Assembly: GCA_963803435.1 (NCBI GenBank)
Contig: CAWDML010000003.1
Coordinates: 672,001-736,000 of the forward strand
Direction of reading: 5' to 3'
DNA from: an uncultured delta proteobacterium
GTDB taxonomy: Bacteria; Myxococcota; Kuafuiibacteriia; Kuafuiibacteriales; Kuafuiibacteriaceae
Length of the DNA stretch: 64,000 nucleotides
The position numbers and the translations under genes were made by a program. Under the pieces are notes generated by a model, which searched no databases, was not told the origin of the DNA, and saw nothing but the letters and a program-made list of their open reading frames with translations. Below, in pieces: positions 21,113 to 36,244 of the stretch (position 1 is its first letter; each line of letters opens with the position of its first letter).

Positions 21113-22522
21113 TCAGGATAACACGTCATCGTATGACCACGGGCGCGCCCGCTCGAGTTGACCGGCCAGCGCGAACAGCGCTCCTTCGTCCCCAAAGCGC
21201 CCCAGGAAGTGGACGCCCACCGGCAAGCGCTCCGCGGTGCGATGCAACGGAACCGACATCGCGGGCTGCCCGCTGGCGTTGGCGAGGATGGTGAACGGCG
21301 CGAACAGGGCCGCACGTGCCAGCGGATGCAGCGGATCCTCGGGGGTGGGCTTGAACTCACCCAGCGGGACCGGCGGCTCGGCCAGGACGGGGGTCACCCA
21401 GGCGTCGTAGGTGACGAGGAAGCGCGCGAGCTCCCTCCCGACGCGCTGGAGGCGGGCGATGGCGGCAAGGTACTCGACCGCACCCAGCTGCTTGCCCATC
21501 TCGGCGAGCGCCAGCGTAAAGGCTTCCATCTCTTCGACGTTGCAATCCAACTTGCGAAAAATCTCCACGTCGACGGCGGTACCTGCCGCCCACAGCGCGA
21601 TGAAGGCTCGGGAGATCTGAGCGGCGTCGAGCTTCGGGGCGGCCTCCTCGACGGTGTGACCGAGCTCCGAGAGGAGAGAGGCGGTGCGCTCGACGGCGGA
21701 CTTGCACTCGGGGTGGATCGTCGCGCCGTTGATCGCCTCGACCGAGAAGGCGATCCGGAGGCGTCGGGGATCTCGCTGCACCTCCTCCGCATAGGGTCGC
21801 CAGGGCTTCGGCGCCACGTAGGGCGCGCCCAGATCGGCGCCCTGGATCGCGTCGAGGAGCCGCGCGCTGTCGCGAACGCTGCGGGTCACCGCGTGCTCGA
21901 CGACCAGGCCGCCCATGATGTCCCCGACGTCGGGGCCGAGCGGGTTGCGCCCGCGCGTCGGCTTGAGACCGAAGACGCCGCAGCACGACGCCGGGATCCG
22001 GATCGAGCCGCCGCCGTCGTTGGCGTGCGCCATCGGCACCATTCCCGACGCCACCGCCGCCGCCGATCCGCCGCTCGATCCCCCGGTGGTGCGGGTGGTG
22101 TCCCAGGGGTTCAGGGCCGGCCCGAAGAGCTCGGGCTCGACGGTCGGCAGCAGCCCCAGCTCGCACGTGTTCGTCTTTCCCACCACCACCATGCCGGCGC
22201 GCTTGAAGCGCGTCACCAGCTCGCTATCGTGCTCGGGGACGTAGCCGCGTGCGGCCCTCGATCCCATCGACATCGGCACGCCCGCGTATGCGCTGAGGAG
22301 ATCCTTGAGGAGGAAGGGCACCCCGGTGAACGGCCCCGTGGGAAGCTCTTGCGCGGCGAGCGCGCGCGCGTGATCGAACATCGGCGTCACCACGGCGTTG
22401 AGCTGCGGGTTGAGGGCTTCGATGCGTCCGATCGCATGGTCGACCAGCTCGACTGCGGTGATCTCTTTCTTCTCGACGAGCGTCGCCAGGGCGGTCGCGT
22501 CGAGCGGGAGCAGCTCGTCCAC
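21113..22522 (-). CDS. Amidase (amidase signature family)
   Basis: [31 protein letters not shown]. Confidence 0.94.
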   Translation of the reverse strand: MDELLPLDATALATLVEKKEITAVELVDHAIGRIEALNPQLNAVVTPMFDHARALAAQELPTGPFTGVPFLLKDLLSAYAGVPMSMGSRAARGYVPEHDSELVTRFKRAGMVVVGKTNTCELGLLPTVEPELFGPALNPWDTTRTTGGSSGGSAAAVASGMVPMAHANDGGGSIRIPASCCGVFGLKPTRGRNPLGPDVGDIMGGLVVEHAVTRSVRDSARLLDAIQGADLGAPYVAPKPWRPYAEEVQRDPRRLRIAFSVEAINGATIHPECKSAVERTASLLSELGHTVEEAAPKLDAAQISRAFIALWAAGTAVDVEIFRKLDCNVEEMEAFTLALAEMGKQLGAVEYLAAIARLQRVGRELARFLVTYDAWVTPVLAEPPVPLGEFKPTPEDPLHPLARAALFAPFTILANASGQPAMSVPLHRTAERLPVGVHFLGRFGDEGALFALAGQLERARPWSYDDVLS

Positions 22523-22566
22523 GCCCGGACCGTTCCATGCATCGATGTTGGGATCAACACGGACGC

Positions 22567-25288
22567 TCAGCCGGTGTTGCGCATCCCCTGAGCGACACCG
22601 TTGAGCGTGGTCCCCAGCGCGTTGTCGAGGAGCTCGCCGGACTCACGACCGCTCCGCTTTCGCGACAGCAAGCTGACTTGCAAGAGCGACAGCGGATCCA
22701 CGTAGGGGTTCCTGAGCGCGATCGCGGCCTCCAGCATCCGGTTGCTCTCGAGCAGCCGCCGGTGCCGGCGCACTTCCAGCACTCGGGTGACCGTCAGCTC
22801 GAACTCGGCGCGGAGCTGGGCGAACAGCGCGGCGTCGGCGCCCAGACGTTCGACGTACAGCGCTGCGATCTCGATGTCTGCCTTGGCGCAGACCATCTCG
22901 ATCTTGCCCAGCAGATCGTCGAAGAACGGCCAGTGCTCGGCCATCTCCTGCAGGAGCGCGAGCCCGCTCGGCTCGCGGGCGACGACATCGAGCGCGGTGC
23001 CCAACCCGAACCAGGAGGGCAGCATGAACCGGATCTGCGTCCAGCCGAACGTCCACGGAATGGCGCGGATGCCCTCCATGCTGCCCTTGCCGCGCTCTCG
23101 GTACGCAGGGCGCGATCCGAAGTGCACGTGGGCGAGCTCGCTCACCGGTGTGGCCTTCTGAAACAGCGCGAACAGCCGGGAGTCCTCGTGGACGAGCGCG
23201 TGGTAGCTCGGGAGCGCGAGCGCAGCCAGCCGATCCATGGTCTCGCGGTAGAGCGCGATCCGCTCGGGGGCCACCTCGGTGCGCCAGTCGAAGACGGTCG
23301 CCCAGAGCATGCCTGTGATCATGACCTCGAGCGTGCGCTCGGCGATCGGGAGGAGGCCGAACTTCTGCGAGATGACCTCGCCCTGCTCGGTGATCTTGAT
23401 CCGCCTGCGGACGGTGCCGGGGGGAAGCGCCGTGAGAGCGCGGAAGACGGGCGAGCCGCCGCCGCGACCCACAGTGCCCCCTCGGCCGTGAAAGAGCGTG
23501 AGCTCGACGCCGTGGCGATCGGCGACCTGTGTCAATCTCTCCTGCGCCTGGTAGAGCGCCCAGGAGGCGGCCACGATACCGGCGTCCTTCGCCGAGTCCG
23601 AATACCCGAGCATCACCTCCTGGTGCATCCCGCGGGCCTTCAGGTACCGCTGATAGACGCGGTTCTCGAACAGGCTTCCCATGACCGCGGGCGCAGCCTC
23701 CAGATCGCGCTCCGTCTCGAACAGCGGCACCACGTCGAGTCGAGCGAGCGGCGGTTCGCCGGCGAGGTCGATCAGCCCGGCCTCGCGCCCGAGCAAGAGG
23801 ACGCGCAAGAGGTCATCCGCCGAGCGGGTCATCGAGATCACGTACGTGCAGGCGGCGCGCTCGCCGAAGCGATCCTGGACGGTGCGGATGGTGTGAAAGA
23901 CGTCGATCGCTCGGCGCGTCGCTTCGTCGAGCGGGACGTGGGGCGCGAGCAGCGGGCGCCGGCCGGTGAGCTCGCGCTCGAGCATCGCCGTGTCGAAGCG
24001 GGGTAGGCCGATCGTCTCGGCGATCCGATCGATCGTCCGCGTGTGCACCTCCGAGTCCTCGCGTACGTCGAGTAGGCAGCCTGCGAAGCCGAGGGTCTCG
24101 ACCTCGTAGATCAAGGGGTCGATCATCGTCCGCACCGAGTGCTGGGCGTTCGCCTTCTCGAGCACCCGCTGCGTGAGGCGAAGATCGTCGAGGAGCTCGC
24201 CGGCGTTCGCGTAGGCGGCCGGCCCGGGCGCGGCACGCTGGGAGAGCCGGCCCAGGACGAAGCTGAGAAAGAGGCGCAGCGGCTCGTCGACGTCGCGGCG
24301 CCGGTTCGTCTCCCAGACGCTGGGGAGCAGCGCGCGCCCGCGCTCGATCGCGGCCCGGAGCTCGGGCGGCTCGGGGGCGATCCGGTTCGAGACCGAGAGC
24401 CGCACGATCAGATCGGTGACCTTGCGCTGGTAGTGCTCGATCAACGCGAGCGCCGAGCGCTCGGCCGCGGCCTCGGTCACCGCAGGCGTCACGAAGGGGT
24501 TGCCGTCGCGATCGCCGCCGACCCAGCTCCCGGGCGGGATGCGGAAGGAGATGTCGAGCGGCTCATCGAAGGTCTCCTCGAACGCGCGGCGGAATCCGTC
24601 GCGGACGCGCGAGGCGGCTTCGAGCAGTCGATCTTCGAGATACCAGACGACGCTGCTGACCTCGTCGAGGACGCTCGGACGATCGCGCCGCACCTCGGCG
24701 GTCAACCAGAGGAGCTCGATCTCGGAGAGGATCGCCTCCTCCAGGCGCGTCCGCTCACGCTCGGAGGCCGTCTCGCGGATCGAGCAGGGCGTCGGCCACC
24801 CGCGCCTGGAGCTCGAGCACCGTGCGGCGGGTGGCCTCGGTGGGATGCGCGGTCAGCACCGGGCGGATCTCGAGGCGGTCGAGGAGACGGCGGACCTCGT
24901 CGGCGCTGCGCCCGCTCTCGGCCAGGCGCTCGAGGGCCCAGCGCGGTGAGCCGGGCTGCGGGGCGACGCCGCGCTGCTGTTGATACGCACGCCGCCGGCG
25001 CACCCGATGGACCTGCTCCGCGGTGTTGATGAGGAAGAAGAAGAGCGTGAAGGCGCGCGCCACCCGGCTGGCCGTCTCGAGGGGGAGGGCGTCGACCTGT
25101 TCGAGGAGCGAGGAGAGCGTGGGGGCGTCGGGGGCCTCGCGACGCCGGGCACGGCACGCCACCCGCAGCGTCTCGACGGCCTCGAAGGTGGCCTCGCCCT
25201 CGACCTGCCGGATGACGCGGCCGAGACCCGAGGCGAGGAGACGGACGTCTTCGTGGAGGGGGCGATCCTCGGCCCGGACCTCGATCAT
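22567..25288 (-). CDS. ppc: Phosphoenolpyruvate carboxylase, with a frameshift near 24775
   Basis: VLTAHPTE in ORF 24755-25288; SWVGGDRDGNP, VMLGYSDSAKD, FHGRGGTVGRGGG, RAIPW and MRNTG in ORF 22567-24705; the two frames overlap around 24760-24785. Confidence 0.93.
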
Positions 25289-25325
25289 GGAGGCTGCATA
25301 CCACGAGCCGCGCGGAAGGTCGGGC

Positions 25326-26467
<1,142 letters not shown>

Positions 26468-26471
<4 letters not shown>

Positions 26472-27067
26472 CCCGTTCCTCCCAGAAAGAGGACGCGCGC
26501 GATGGCGGGCGTCCGGTCGATCGGACCCCAGAGCTCGGACTTGAGGGATCCGGTGGCGGCAGCCTTGACGAACGAGCCCGCGACCAGCTGGAGCAAGGCG
26601 TCCTGCACCGGGACGCCCTCCGGGACGACGTCGCGCCCCTGATCGCGGATGAAGCGCTCCACCAGACGGAGGAGCGGAACGCCGGCGGAGAGCAACAGCT
26701 CGTGGCCGGGGCCGCGGCCGTCGAGCACCTCCCGGAGCACGAGCCGCGCAGCGGTGGGACGGCCCTCGAGGAAGCGGACGAAGTTGGTGAGCACGGCGTC
26801 GAGCTTGGTGCCGAAGCCGCCCTCGGCCCCCAGCCCGTCGCGGATCGCGCGGCCCAGATCGATGAAGACCCGCTGCACCACGGCGCAGTAGAGCGCGTGC
26901 TTCGAGCCGAAGTGATAGAGCAGGGAGGGCCGGCTGATCCCGGCGCCCTCGGCGATCGACTGCAGCTTCGCCCCGTCGAATCCCGCCTCGGCGAACGCTT
27001 GCTCGGCGGCCGTGAGGAGCCGGTCCGAGGTCTGGACCTCGCCTTCCACCACTCTCGGCCGGGCCAT
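26468..27067 (-). CDS. TetR/AcrR-family transcriptional regulator
   Basis: FAEAGFDG..IAEGAGISRPSLLYHFGSK HTH. Confidence 0.92.
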
Positions 27068-27078
27068 CGAGGATCCAG

Positions 27079-27102
27079 CTTATCTACTCGTGAGTAGATA
27101 AG
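27079..27102. promoter_or_regulatory. Perfect palindrome, probable TetR operator
   Basis: CTTATCTACTC-GT-GAGTAGATAAG, 11-bp arms, immediately upstream of the tetR start in a divergent intergenic region. Confidence 0.8.
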
Positions 27103-27146
27103 GCAAGGGGCTTGAGCCGGGTCTCGCGGCGTGCTCGGCTCGGCCG

Positions 27147-27469
27147 ATGGCGGATCTGAAGATCACGGATCACGAGGTCGGGAACGGCAAGGAGGCCGCA
27201 AACGGCAGCAAGGTGTCGGTCCACTACACCGGGACCCTGACCGACGGCTCCAAGTTCGACTCGAGCTTGGACCGGGGCGATCCCTTCGACTTCGTCCTCG
27301 GCAAGGGGATGGTGATCCCGGGATGGGAGCGCGGCATCGCCGGCATGAAGGTCGGCGGCAAGCGGCGCCTCGAGATCCCGCCAGACCTCGGCTACGGGCC
27401 GCGCGGCTTTCCGCCGGTCATCCCGCCGAACGCCACGTTGATCTTCGAGGTCGAGCTGATCGACGTGAA

Positions 27470-27473
<4 letters not shown>
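27147..27473 (+). CDS. FKBP-type peptidyl-prolyl cis-trans isomerase
   Basis: [42 protein letters not shown]. Confidence 0.96.
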
Positions 27474-29684
<2,211 letters not shown>

Positions 29685-29685
29685 G

Positions 29686-30405
29686 ATGGGGGAGCGGTTT
29701 CCGGAGCTCTGGCGGGCGCTCTCCCGCGCGGCGGTGCTCGCGGGAGCGGCGTTCCTCGGCGCGGCCGGCTACGTCTACTATCTGACGATCGTCGCCTTCC
29801 CCGACCGCATCGATCGGCGCTTCGGGGCCGCGTCGCGGGAGCAGATCCTCCGGGTCGACATGGCGATGATCGCGCTCCTGGTGGTGGTGGCAGCGCTGGT
29901 CGGGTCGATCTTCGCCAAGCGCTATCGACTGGCTGGGCTGGGCACCTTCGCGGACCTCCGGCGCTCGTTGCTCTTGGTCCTCACCGCCGGCCCTGCGCTG
30001 TCGATCTTCTCGTACCTCGCCTACGGCCTGGCGATCGTGGACGTGGTGCCCGGTTACTATCCGCGGCAGGTGATCTGGGCCTTGGCGGTCGTCGCCAAGG
30101 GTGTTCTGTTCGACGAGGTCGTCGCACGATACGGAATGATGACCATCTTCGCCGGGGTCACGCCCAAGCTCTGGCTGGCCAACCTGCTCCAGGCGACGTT
30201 CTTCACCGCGATGGTGTTCAAGAGCCTCTCCTTCTACGGCTTGGCTGTGGTCTGGAACGCATACTTCTTGTCGAGCCTGGCGACGGCGTTCGGCTCGCAC
30301 CTCATCTACGGTGGTTTGTACGCGAAGCGGGGCCTCTATGCGGCGATGGCGTTGCACCTGGTGGTCGACCTCCGCTTCGTGGCCCACGCGCTCGTTTTTG
30401 GTTAG
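29686..30405 (+). CDS. Membrane protein, CPBP/Abi intramembrane protease-like
   Basis: Multiple TM helices; DEVVARYG and late ALH..D motifs (degenerate). Confidence 0.55.
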   Translation: MGERFPELWRALSRAAVLAGAAFLGAAGYVYYLTIVAFPDRIDRRFGAASREQILRVDMAMIALLVVVAALVGSIFAKRYRLAGLGTFADLRRSLLLVLTAGPALSIFSYLAYGLAIVDVVPGYYPRQVIWALAVVAKGVLFDEVVARYGMMTIFAGVTPKLWLANLLQATFFTAMVFKSLSFYGLAVVWNAYFLSSLATAFGSHLIYGGLYAKRGLYAAMALHLVVDLRFVAHALVFG

Positions 30406-30414
30406 TCTCGCCCG

Positions 30415-32742
30415 GTGGCGGAGCAGGAGCAGCATCGACTCGGGCAGGTGCTGGTGGAGCTCGGGCTCCTCGACGACGCCCAGCTCTCCCGGCTTCTGGA
30501 CGAGCTGACCCAGGACAGCCGTCTCGGCCAGCTCGTGGTGGAGCGTGGCCTCGTGACGGAAGACCGTCTGGTGGCCTCACTGAGCAAGCACCTGGGCCTC
30601 GAAACCATCGATCCCGAGGCGACCAAGGTTCACGGACGGGTCCTCCAGATGGTGCCTGCCGACATCGCGCGGCGACATCGCGTCATTCCGATCGCACGGA
30701 GAAAGCAGGAGGGTGAGGAGAGCCTGTTCCTCGCCACCGCGGATCCCTTCGACGCCGAGGCCGAAAAGGCGCTCTCCGAGCTGATGCCGGGCATGTCGTT
30801 CCGCTACTTCCTGTCGAGTGAGGGCCTGATCAGCGCCGCCCTCGACCGGCACTACGGCAACGGCCACTCGCGCGTGCGCACCGGTGGGAGCGCGGCGATC
30901 GAGGTCGCGCTCTCGGCTCCGATGGACGGGAGCGAGGCGGCCACGCAGCTCGGTCCGGAGCGGATCGGGCGCTACGATCTGGTCGAGCGCGTGGGTGTCG
31001 ACGCCACCGCCGAGCTGTGGCTCACCGATCAGTCGGCGGACGACGGCCGGCGTCTGGTGCTGCGGCGGCCGCTCCCGAAGCTGCCGAAGAACGAGAAGAC
31101 CAAGAAGAAGTTCTTCGGTGACGCCGAGCGGTGCATCGGCCTTCAACACCCGAACATCGTCGAGGTCCACGAGGTCGCAGCCCGCGGGACCCAGTGGTAC
31201 GTGGTCCAGGAGCAGGTCGAAGGCGCGGATTTCTCCCGCGTCCTCCACAAGGCGCGGAAGCTGAAGTTCCGGATGCCGGAGAAGGTCGCGCTCTTCGTCG
31301 CGGCCCGCATCGCGGACGCGACCGACTACGCCTACTCGACGCGCGACGCGGAGGGGCAGGCGCTCCGCCTGCTCCATCACGGCCTCTCACCGTCGGCGGT
31401 GCTGGTGAGCGACGACGGTCGGGTCAAGGTCCAGGGGTTCGGCCTCGAGGACGCCGCCGTGGTGAAGCGGTCCGAACACGCGGCCCCCGAGCAGGTCGAG
31501 GGTGGCACAGTCGACGAGCGCACCGTCGTGTTCCGGGCCGGTCTCATCCTCTACGAGCTCCTGACCGGAGTGCCGCTGTTCGAGGAGGGCACCGCCGCCG
31601 ACGAGATGGAGAAGACGCTCGCGCAGGTGGGCCGCCAGCTCCGCCAGCACTGCCCCGAGGTCTCGGCGGAGCTGGAGAAGCTGGTCACCCGCGCGCTGGC
31701 ATTCGCGAGAGAGCAGCGGTTCCCGAGCGCGCGTGAGCTGGGGATCGCGCTCGAGTCGCTCCTCGGCGCCGATCCGAATCATCGGTTGCCCGCCGAGCTC
31801 CGCCGCTTCGTCGAGAGCGTGAACGGCAGCGCCGAGGACTCGCGCGAGTTTCCGCGCGTCCGCGAGGAGATCGTCCCCGGGCTGCGCGGCGCCAGCGTGA
31901 CAGTGGAGAAGCTGGTCGATCGGGCTGCGCCTCAACTCAAGGAGATGAGCCGCAAGAGCGGCGAGCAGATGGCGCACTGGCTCGAGCGATTCGGCGCGTG
32001 GTTCGCCGGTGCACCCAAGTCGACCCAGATCGCCGCCATCTGCGTCCCCATCGCGGTGGTGGCCGGGACGATCATCGGTGTGCTCATGCACGAGCCGAAG
32101 CCGACCGCCGGGCCCGTCGCGGTCGACGTGGGGGAGGAGGAGGCGGCCGGCGAGTTCTATCCGCCGCCGGTCGTTCCCGTCGAGGCCGCGCCGGTTCAGT
32201 CGAACGGGCCCAAGAAGGTCGAGATCCTCCCGGGCATCTCGGACATTCCCGCGCCGCCCGGCTTCGGGTACGTCGCGCTGGAGGGCGCCGAGCTGCGTGC
32301 GATCAACGAGGAGGACGGCGAGGTCCTCCTCTGGTTGGAGTCCGGGATGATGGTGGAGCGGATCCGATCGGCGGGCATACGGACGCTGGTGATGATCCCG
32401 CCGAAGGGGCCGGTCGGCTTCGTCGCCACCGACGCGCTGGCGACCATCAAGCCGATCGCGGTTCTCGGCAAGGAGATCGGGTTCAAGACCTGCAAGGTCG
32501 ACGGGCGGCGGACGCTCGACGACTGCCTCATCGGCGCGAAGCAACAGACGGACGGGTGCATCGTCCGTTGCCAGAAGTTCGCTCCGGAGATCGATCACCT
32601 GGCGCATCCGGGGAGCCGCTGCGCGCAGGCCTGCCAGGCGGCTTTCGATCGCTGCGCTCGCCAGTGTAACGACTCCAAGCTCAGCTTCGACAAGGAGCAG
32701 GAGAAGCGGCAGCAGAAGCGCAGCCGGAAGCGCCACCGCTGA
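30415..32742 (+). CDS. MshEN (GspE-N) domain + Ser/Thr pseudokinase + TM + Cys-rich C-terminus
   Basis: Tandem RLGQVLVELG / RLGQLVVERG motifs; kinase fold (HPNIV, APEQ) with HRD->HHG and DFG->GFG; one TM helix; Cys-rich tail. Confidence 0.8.
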   Translation: MAEQEQHRLGQVLVELGLLDDAQLSRLLDELTQDSRLGQLVVERGLVTEDRLVASLSKHLGLETIDPEATKVHGRVLQMVPADIARRHRVIPIARRKQEGEESLFLATADPFDAEAEKALSELMPGMSFRYFLSSEGLISAALDRHYGNGHSRVRTGGSAAIEVALSAPMDGSEAATQLGPERIGRYDLVERVGVDATAELWLTDQSADDGRRLVLRRPLPKLPKNEKTKKKFFGDAERCIGLQHPNIVEVHEVAARGTQWYVVQEQVEGADFSRVLHKARKLKFRMPEKVALFVAARIADATDYAYSTRDAEGQALRLLHHGLSPSAVLVSDDGRVKVQGFGLEDAAVVKRSEHAAPEQVEGGTVDERTVVFRAGLILYELLTGVPLFEEGTAADEMEKTLAQVGRQLRQHCPEVSAELEKLVTRALAFAREQRFPSARELGIALESLLGADPNHRLPAELRRFVESVNGSAEDSREFPRVREEIVPGLRGASVTVEKLVDRAAPQLKEMSRKSGEQMAHWLERFGAWFAGAPKSTQIAAICVPIAVVAGTIIGVLMHEPKPTAGPVAVDVGEEEAAGEFYPPPVVPVEAAPVQSNGPKKVEILPGISDIPAPPGFGYVALEGAELRAINEEDGEVLLWLESGMMVERIRSAGIRTLVMIPPKGPVGFVATDALATIKPIAVLGKEIGFKTCKVDGRRTLDDCLIGAKQQTDGCIVRCQKFAPEIDHLAHPGSRCAQACQAAFDRCARQCNDSKLSFDKEQEKRQQKRSRKRHR

Positions 32743-32754
32743 TTCGACGGACGG

Positions 32755-33876
32755 ATGACGAGCCGGCTGCAGGTCCGGGCGGAGGGTCGACTCGATCTCG
32801 GGATCGGACAGCCCGATCTGCGCTTGCTCCCGCTCGACGAGCTCCGGAGCGCCGCCGGACATCGCCTCGCGATCCGTGAGACCGACCTCCTCCAGTACGG
32901 CCCCGAGCGCGGGAGCGAGCCGATGCGCCGCTTGCTGGCCGGCTTCCTCGCGGATGGCTACGGCCTCCCGATCGATCCCGAGCGCCTCTTCATCACCGGC
33001 GGCGCGTCGCACGGGCTCGACCTGATCCTGAGCCGCTTCACTCGGGAGGGCGACACCATCCTGGTGGAGGAGCCCACATACTTTCTGGCGCGCAGGATCC
33101 TGGACGGCCGTCGCCTGCGCGTCCTGCCGGTGCCGACCGACGCGCGCGGCCTCGACACGCGGGCGCTCGCCGCGGTGCTGGAGCACGAGCGGCCGAAGCT
33201 GATCTACACCATCCCGATCCATCACAACCCCACCGGGGTCACGCTGATCCGCGAGCGCCGCGCCGAGCTGGTGGCGCTGGCGCGCGCGCACGACTTCCTG
33301 ATCGTCGCCGATGAGGTCTATCAGCTCCTCACCTACGAAGGTCCGCCGCCGCCGCCGATGCAGACGCTCGATCGGACGCACGTGCTCTCGCTCGGATCGT
33401 TCTCGAAGATCCTGGCACCCGGGCTCCGGCTGGGATGGATCGACGCGGACCCGGCGCACATCGACGCGCTCTCGGGCTGCGGCGTGCTCCGGAGCGGTGG
33501 GGGAGCCTCCCCGTTCACGGCGGCCATCGTCGAGAGCGCCCTGGAGACCGGGCTGCTGGCGGACTACCTCGCCCGCGTGCGCGAGGTGTATCGACGTCGC
33601 TGCCATACTCTGATCACCGCGATCGAGGCCGAGCTCCCCCGCTCGGTCACGTTCGAGCGGCCGACGGGCGGGTTCTTCGTCTGGCTGCAGCTCCCCGAGG
33701 GATCCGACGCAACCGCGCTCCTCCAGCGCGCCCACGCCGAGAAGGTCGGCTTCCTGCCGGGGGCCCGCTGCAGCGCCCAAGGCGGCCTCCGGGATCGGGT
33801 CCGGCTGTGCTTCACCTACTTCGACGAGGTCGAGATCCCCTCCGCGATCCGGAGGCTTGCGAAAATAATGAACTGA
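32755..33876 (+). CDS. PLP-dependent aminotransferase class I/II (LysN/Aro8-like)
   Basis: HNPTG, DEVY, GSFSKILAPGLRLGW. Confidence 0.92.
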   Translation: MTSRLQVRAEGRLDLGIGQPDLRLLPLDELRSAAGHRLAIRETDLLQYGPERGSEPMRRLLAGFLADGYGLPIDPERLFITGGASHGLDLILSRFTREGDTILVEEPTYFLARRILDGRRLRVLPVPTDARGLDTRALAAVLEHERPKLIYTIPIHHNPTGVTLIRERRAELVALARAHDFLIVADEVYQLLTYEGPPPPPMQTLDRTHVLSLGSFSKILAPGLRLGWIDADPAHIDALSGCGVLRSGGGASPFTAAIVESALETGLLADYLARVREVYRRRCHTLITAIEAELPRSVTFERPTGGFFVWLQLPEGSDATALLQRAHAEKVGFLPGARCSAQGGLRDRVRLCFTYFDEVEIPSAIRRLAKIMN

Positions 33877-33892
33877 CGTACAGTAAACACCC

Positions 33893-36242
33893 GTGCAGTT
33901 CGACGGCGCGTTCGCGCATCGCCCCTCGCCCCCCTGGTCCCGCTCGCACGGGCTCGAATCGGTGCTCGAGCGCTGGCGATCCGGCGACGCCCTCAGCCGC
34001 AGCCTGGTGCTGGACGCCCGCCTCCCGGGCGCGCCGCCCCGATGGCTACCGCTCCCCGAAACGATCTCGCCGGCGATCCGCGCCGCCCTGAAGGCGCGCG
34101 GCATCGAGCAGCTCTTCTCGCATCAGGCCGAGGCGTTCGAGGCCGTGCAGAGCGGGAACGACGTGGTCATTGCCACGCCGACCGCTTCCGGAAAGAGCCT
34201 CTGCTACACGCTGCCGGTCCTCGACGCCCTGGCGCGGGACCCGGAGGTCCGCGCGCTCCATCTGTTCCCGACCAAGGCGCTCTCCCGTGACCAGGAGGTC
34301 AGCCTCCGCCGCTTCCTCGGCGACGCCGGCATCGCGCGCGGCGCGATCACGTACGACGGCGACACCCCGCAGGACGCCCGCCGCGTCGCCCGCGACCGCG
34401 CCGGCATCGTGATCACGAATCCGGACATGCTCCACGCGGGGATCCTTCCGCAGCACGCGAGCTGGGCCCGCTTCTTCGCCAACCTTCGCTTCATCGTGAT
34501 CGACGAGCTCCACGTGTACCGCGGCGTATTCGGATCCCACCTCTCGAACGTGCTCCGGCGGCTGCTGCGGGTGTGCGCATTCCACGGCGCCGAGGTGCGC
34601 CTGATTCTGCTGCTCCGCCACCATCGGCAACCCCGAGGAGCACGCGTCGCGGCTCTCGGGCCGCGCGATCCGGCTGATCGGCGAGAGCGGGGCCCCGTCC
34701 GCAGGGAGGCGCGTCCTCGTCTACAACCCGCCGGTGATCGACGCCGAGCTCGGTATCCGCCAGAGCTACGTGAAGTCGGCGGTGCGGCTGGCGGCCGATC
34801 TAGTGCGCGCCTCGGTGCCGACGCTGGTGTTCGGCCAGAGCCGGAACCAGGTCGAGGTGATGCTCAAGTATCTCCGCGACGCGCTGCCGGACGTGGACCC
34901 GGAGGCCCTGGCCGCCTATCGCGGCGGCTACCTGGCCAACACGCGCCGCAAGATCGAGGAGGGCCTGCGCGAGGGCTCGATCCGCTGCGTGGTGGCGACC
35001 AACGCGCTCGAGCTCGGCATCGACATCGGCGCGCTGGAGGCCGTGGTCTGCGCCGGCTACCCGGGCAACATGGCGGCGCTCTGGCAGCGCTTCGGCCGGG
35101 CGGGGCGCCAGCAGGGCGAGAGCCTGGGCGTCCTGGTGGTGTCGAGCCTGCCGCTCGATCAATACCTGGCCAAGCACGCGCACGGGATCATCGAGGCGCC
35201 CATCGAGCGCGCCCGCATCGATCCGGACAACGTCGAGATCCTGATCCAGCACCTCAAGTGCGCCGCCTTCGAGCTCCCCTTCGAGCTGGGGGAGCGCTTC
35301 GGCGAGGTGCCGGCCGAGGACGTGGCTGCTGCGCTCGGCTACCTCGCGGATCACGAGGTGCTCCGCAAGGTCGAGGGCCGCGGCGGCAGGACGATGTTCC
35401 ACTGGACCGCAGACGTCTTCCCCGCGAACGAGGTCTCGCTGCGCAGCGCAGGCTGGGACAACTTCGCGATCATCGATCTGGAGGACGAGCGCACGATCGC
35501 GGAGATGGACTTCCGCTCGTCGCACACGATGCTCCACGAACAGGCGATCTATCAGCACGACGGCGAGCAGTATCAGGTCGAGATCCTCGACTTCGAGAAT
35601 CACAAGGCCTACGTCCGTCGCGTCGATCCGGACTACTACACCACCGCGATGACGCACACGAAGGTCGTGATCCTGGAGGTGGAGGCGGAGGGGTCATCGG
35701 CGCGGCTCAGCACCGGTTGGGGCGACGTCGAGGTCATCGAGAAGGTGGTGGGCTTCAAGAAGATCAAGTTCCACACGCACGAGAACGTCGGCTATGGCGA
35801 GGTGAACCTGCCCGAGATCCAGAAGCCGACCACCTCGTTCTGGATGATCGTCCCCCAGGCCGTCATGGGCGCCGTGCCTGCGCCGCGGGGCGTCCTCCTC
35901 GATGCGCTCTCCGGGTACGCCGGCGCCTTGAAGGCGGTGGCCGCGGTCGGGCTGATGATGGATCCAAAGGATCTCGGGGTCGCAGTGGTCGACGAGCGTG
36001 CGGTCGGCGCCGGTCCTCACGCCGGGGTGTTCGAGCCGACGATCCACGTGTACGACGCCGTCGCGGGCGGTGTCGGGCTGGCCGCGCGTCTCTTCGAGGA
36101 GCGGGTAGACCTGACGGTCCGGGCCCGGCGGCTCGTCGAGACCTGCCCGTGCGACGCCGGCTGTCCGAGCTGCATCGGCCCGGCCGGTGACGACCTGCGG
36201 AAGCGTGCGCTCCTCTCGCTCCTTCTCGCCGCAGGGATCTGA
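33893..36242 (+). CDS. mrfA: MrfA/YprA (Hrq1/SftH, DUF1998) helicase, with a +1 frameshift near 34610
   Basis: [26 protein letters not shown], (C)SATIGNP across the shift, [20 protein letters not shown]-terminal [10 protein letters not shown]. Confidence 0.87.
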
Positions 36243-36244
36243 GG

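Noticed and set aside
33893-36242. Anti-phage defence system (DISARM/Druantia) based on DUF1998
   Set aside because: Full-length Hrq1/MrfA architecture paired with MrfB, and no methylase or other defence genes nearby
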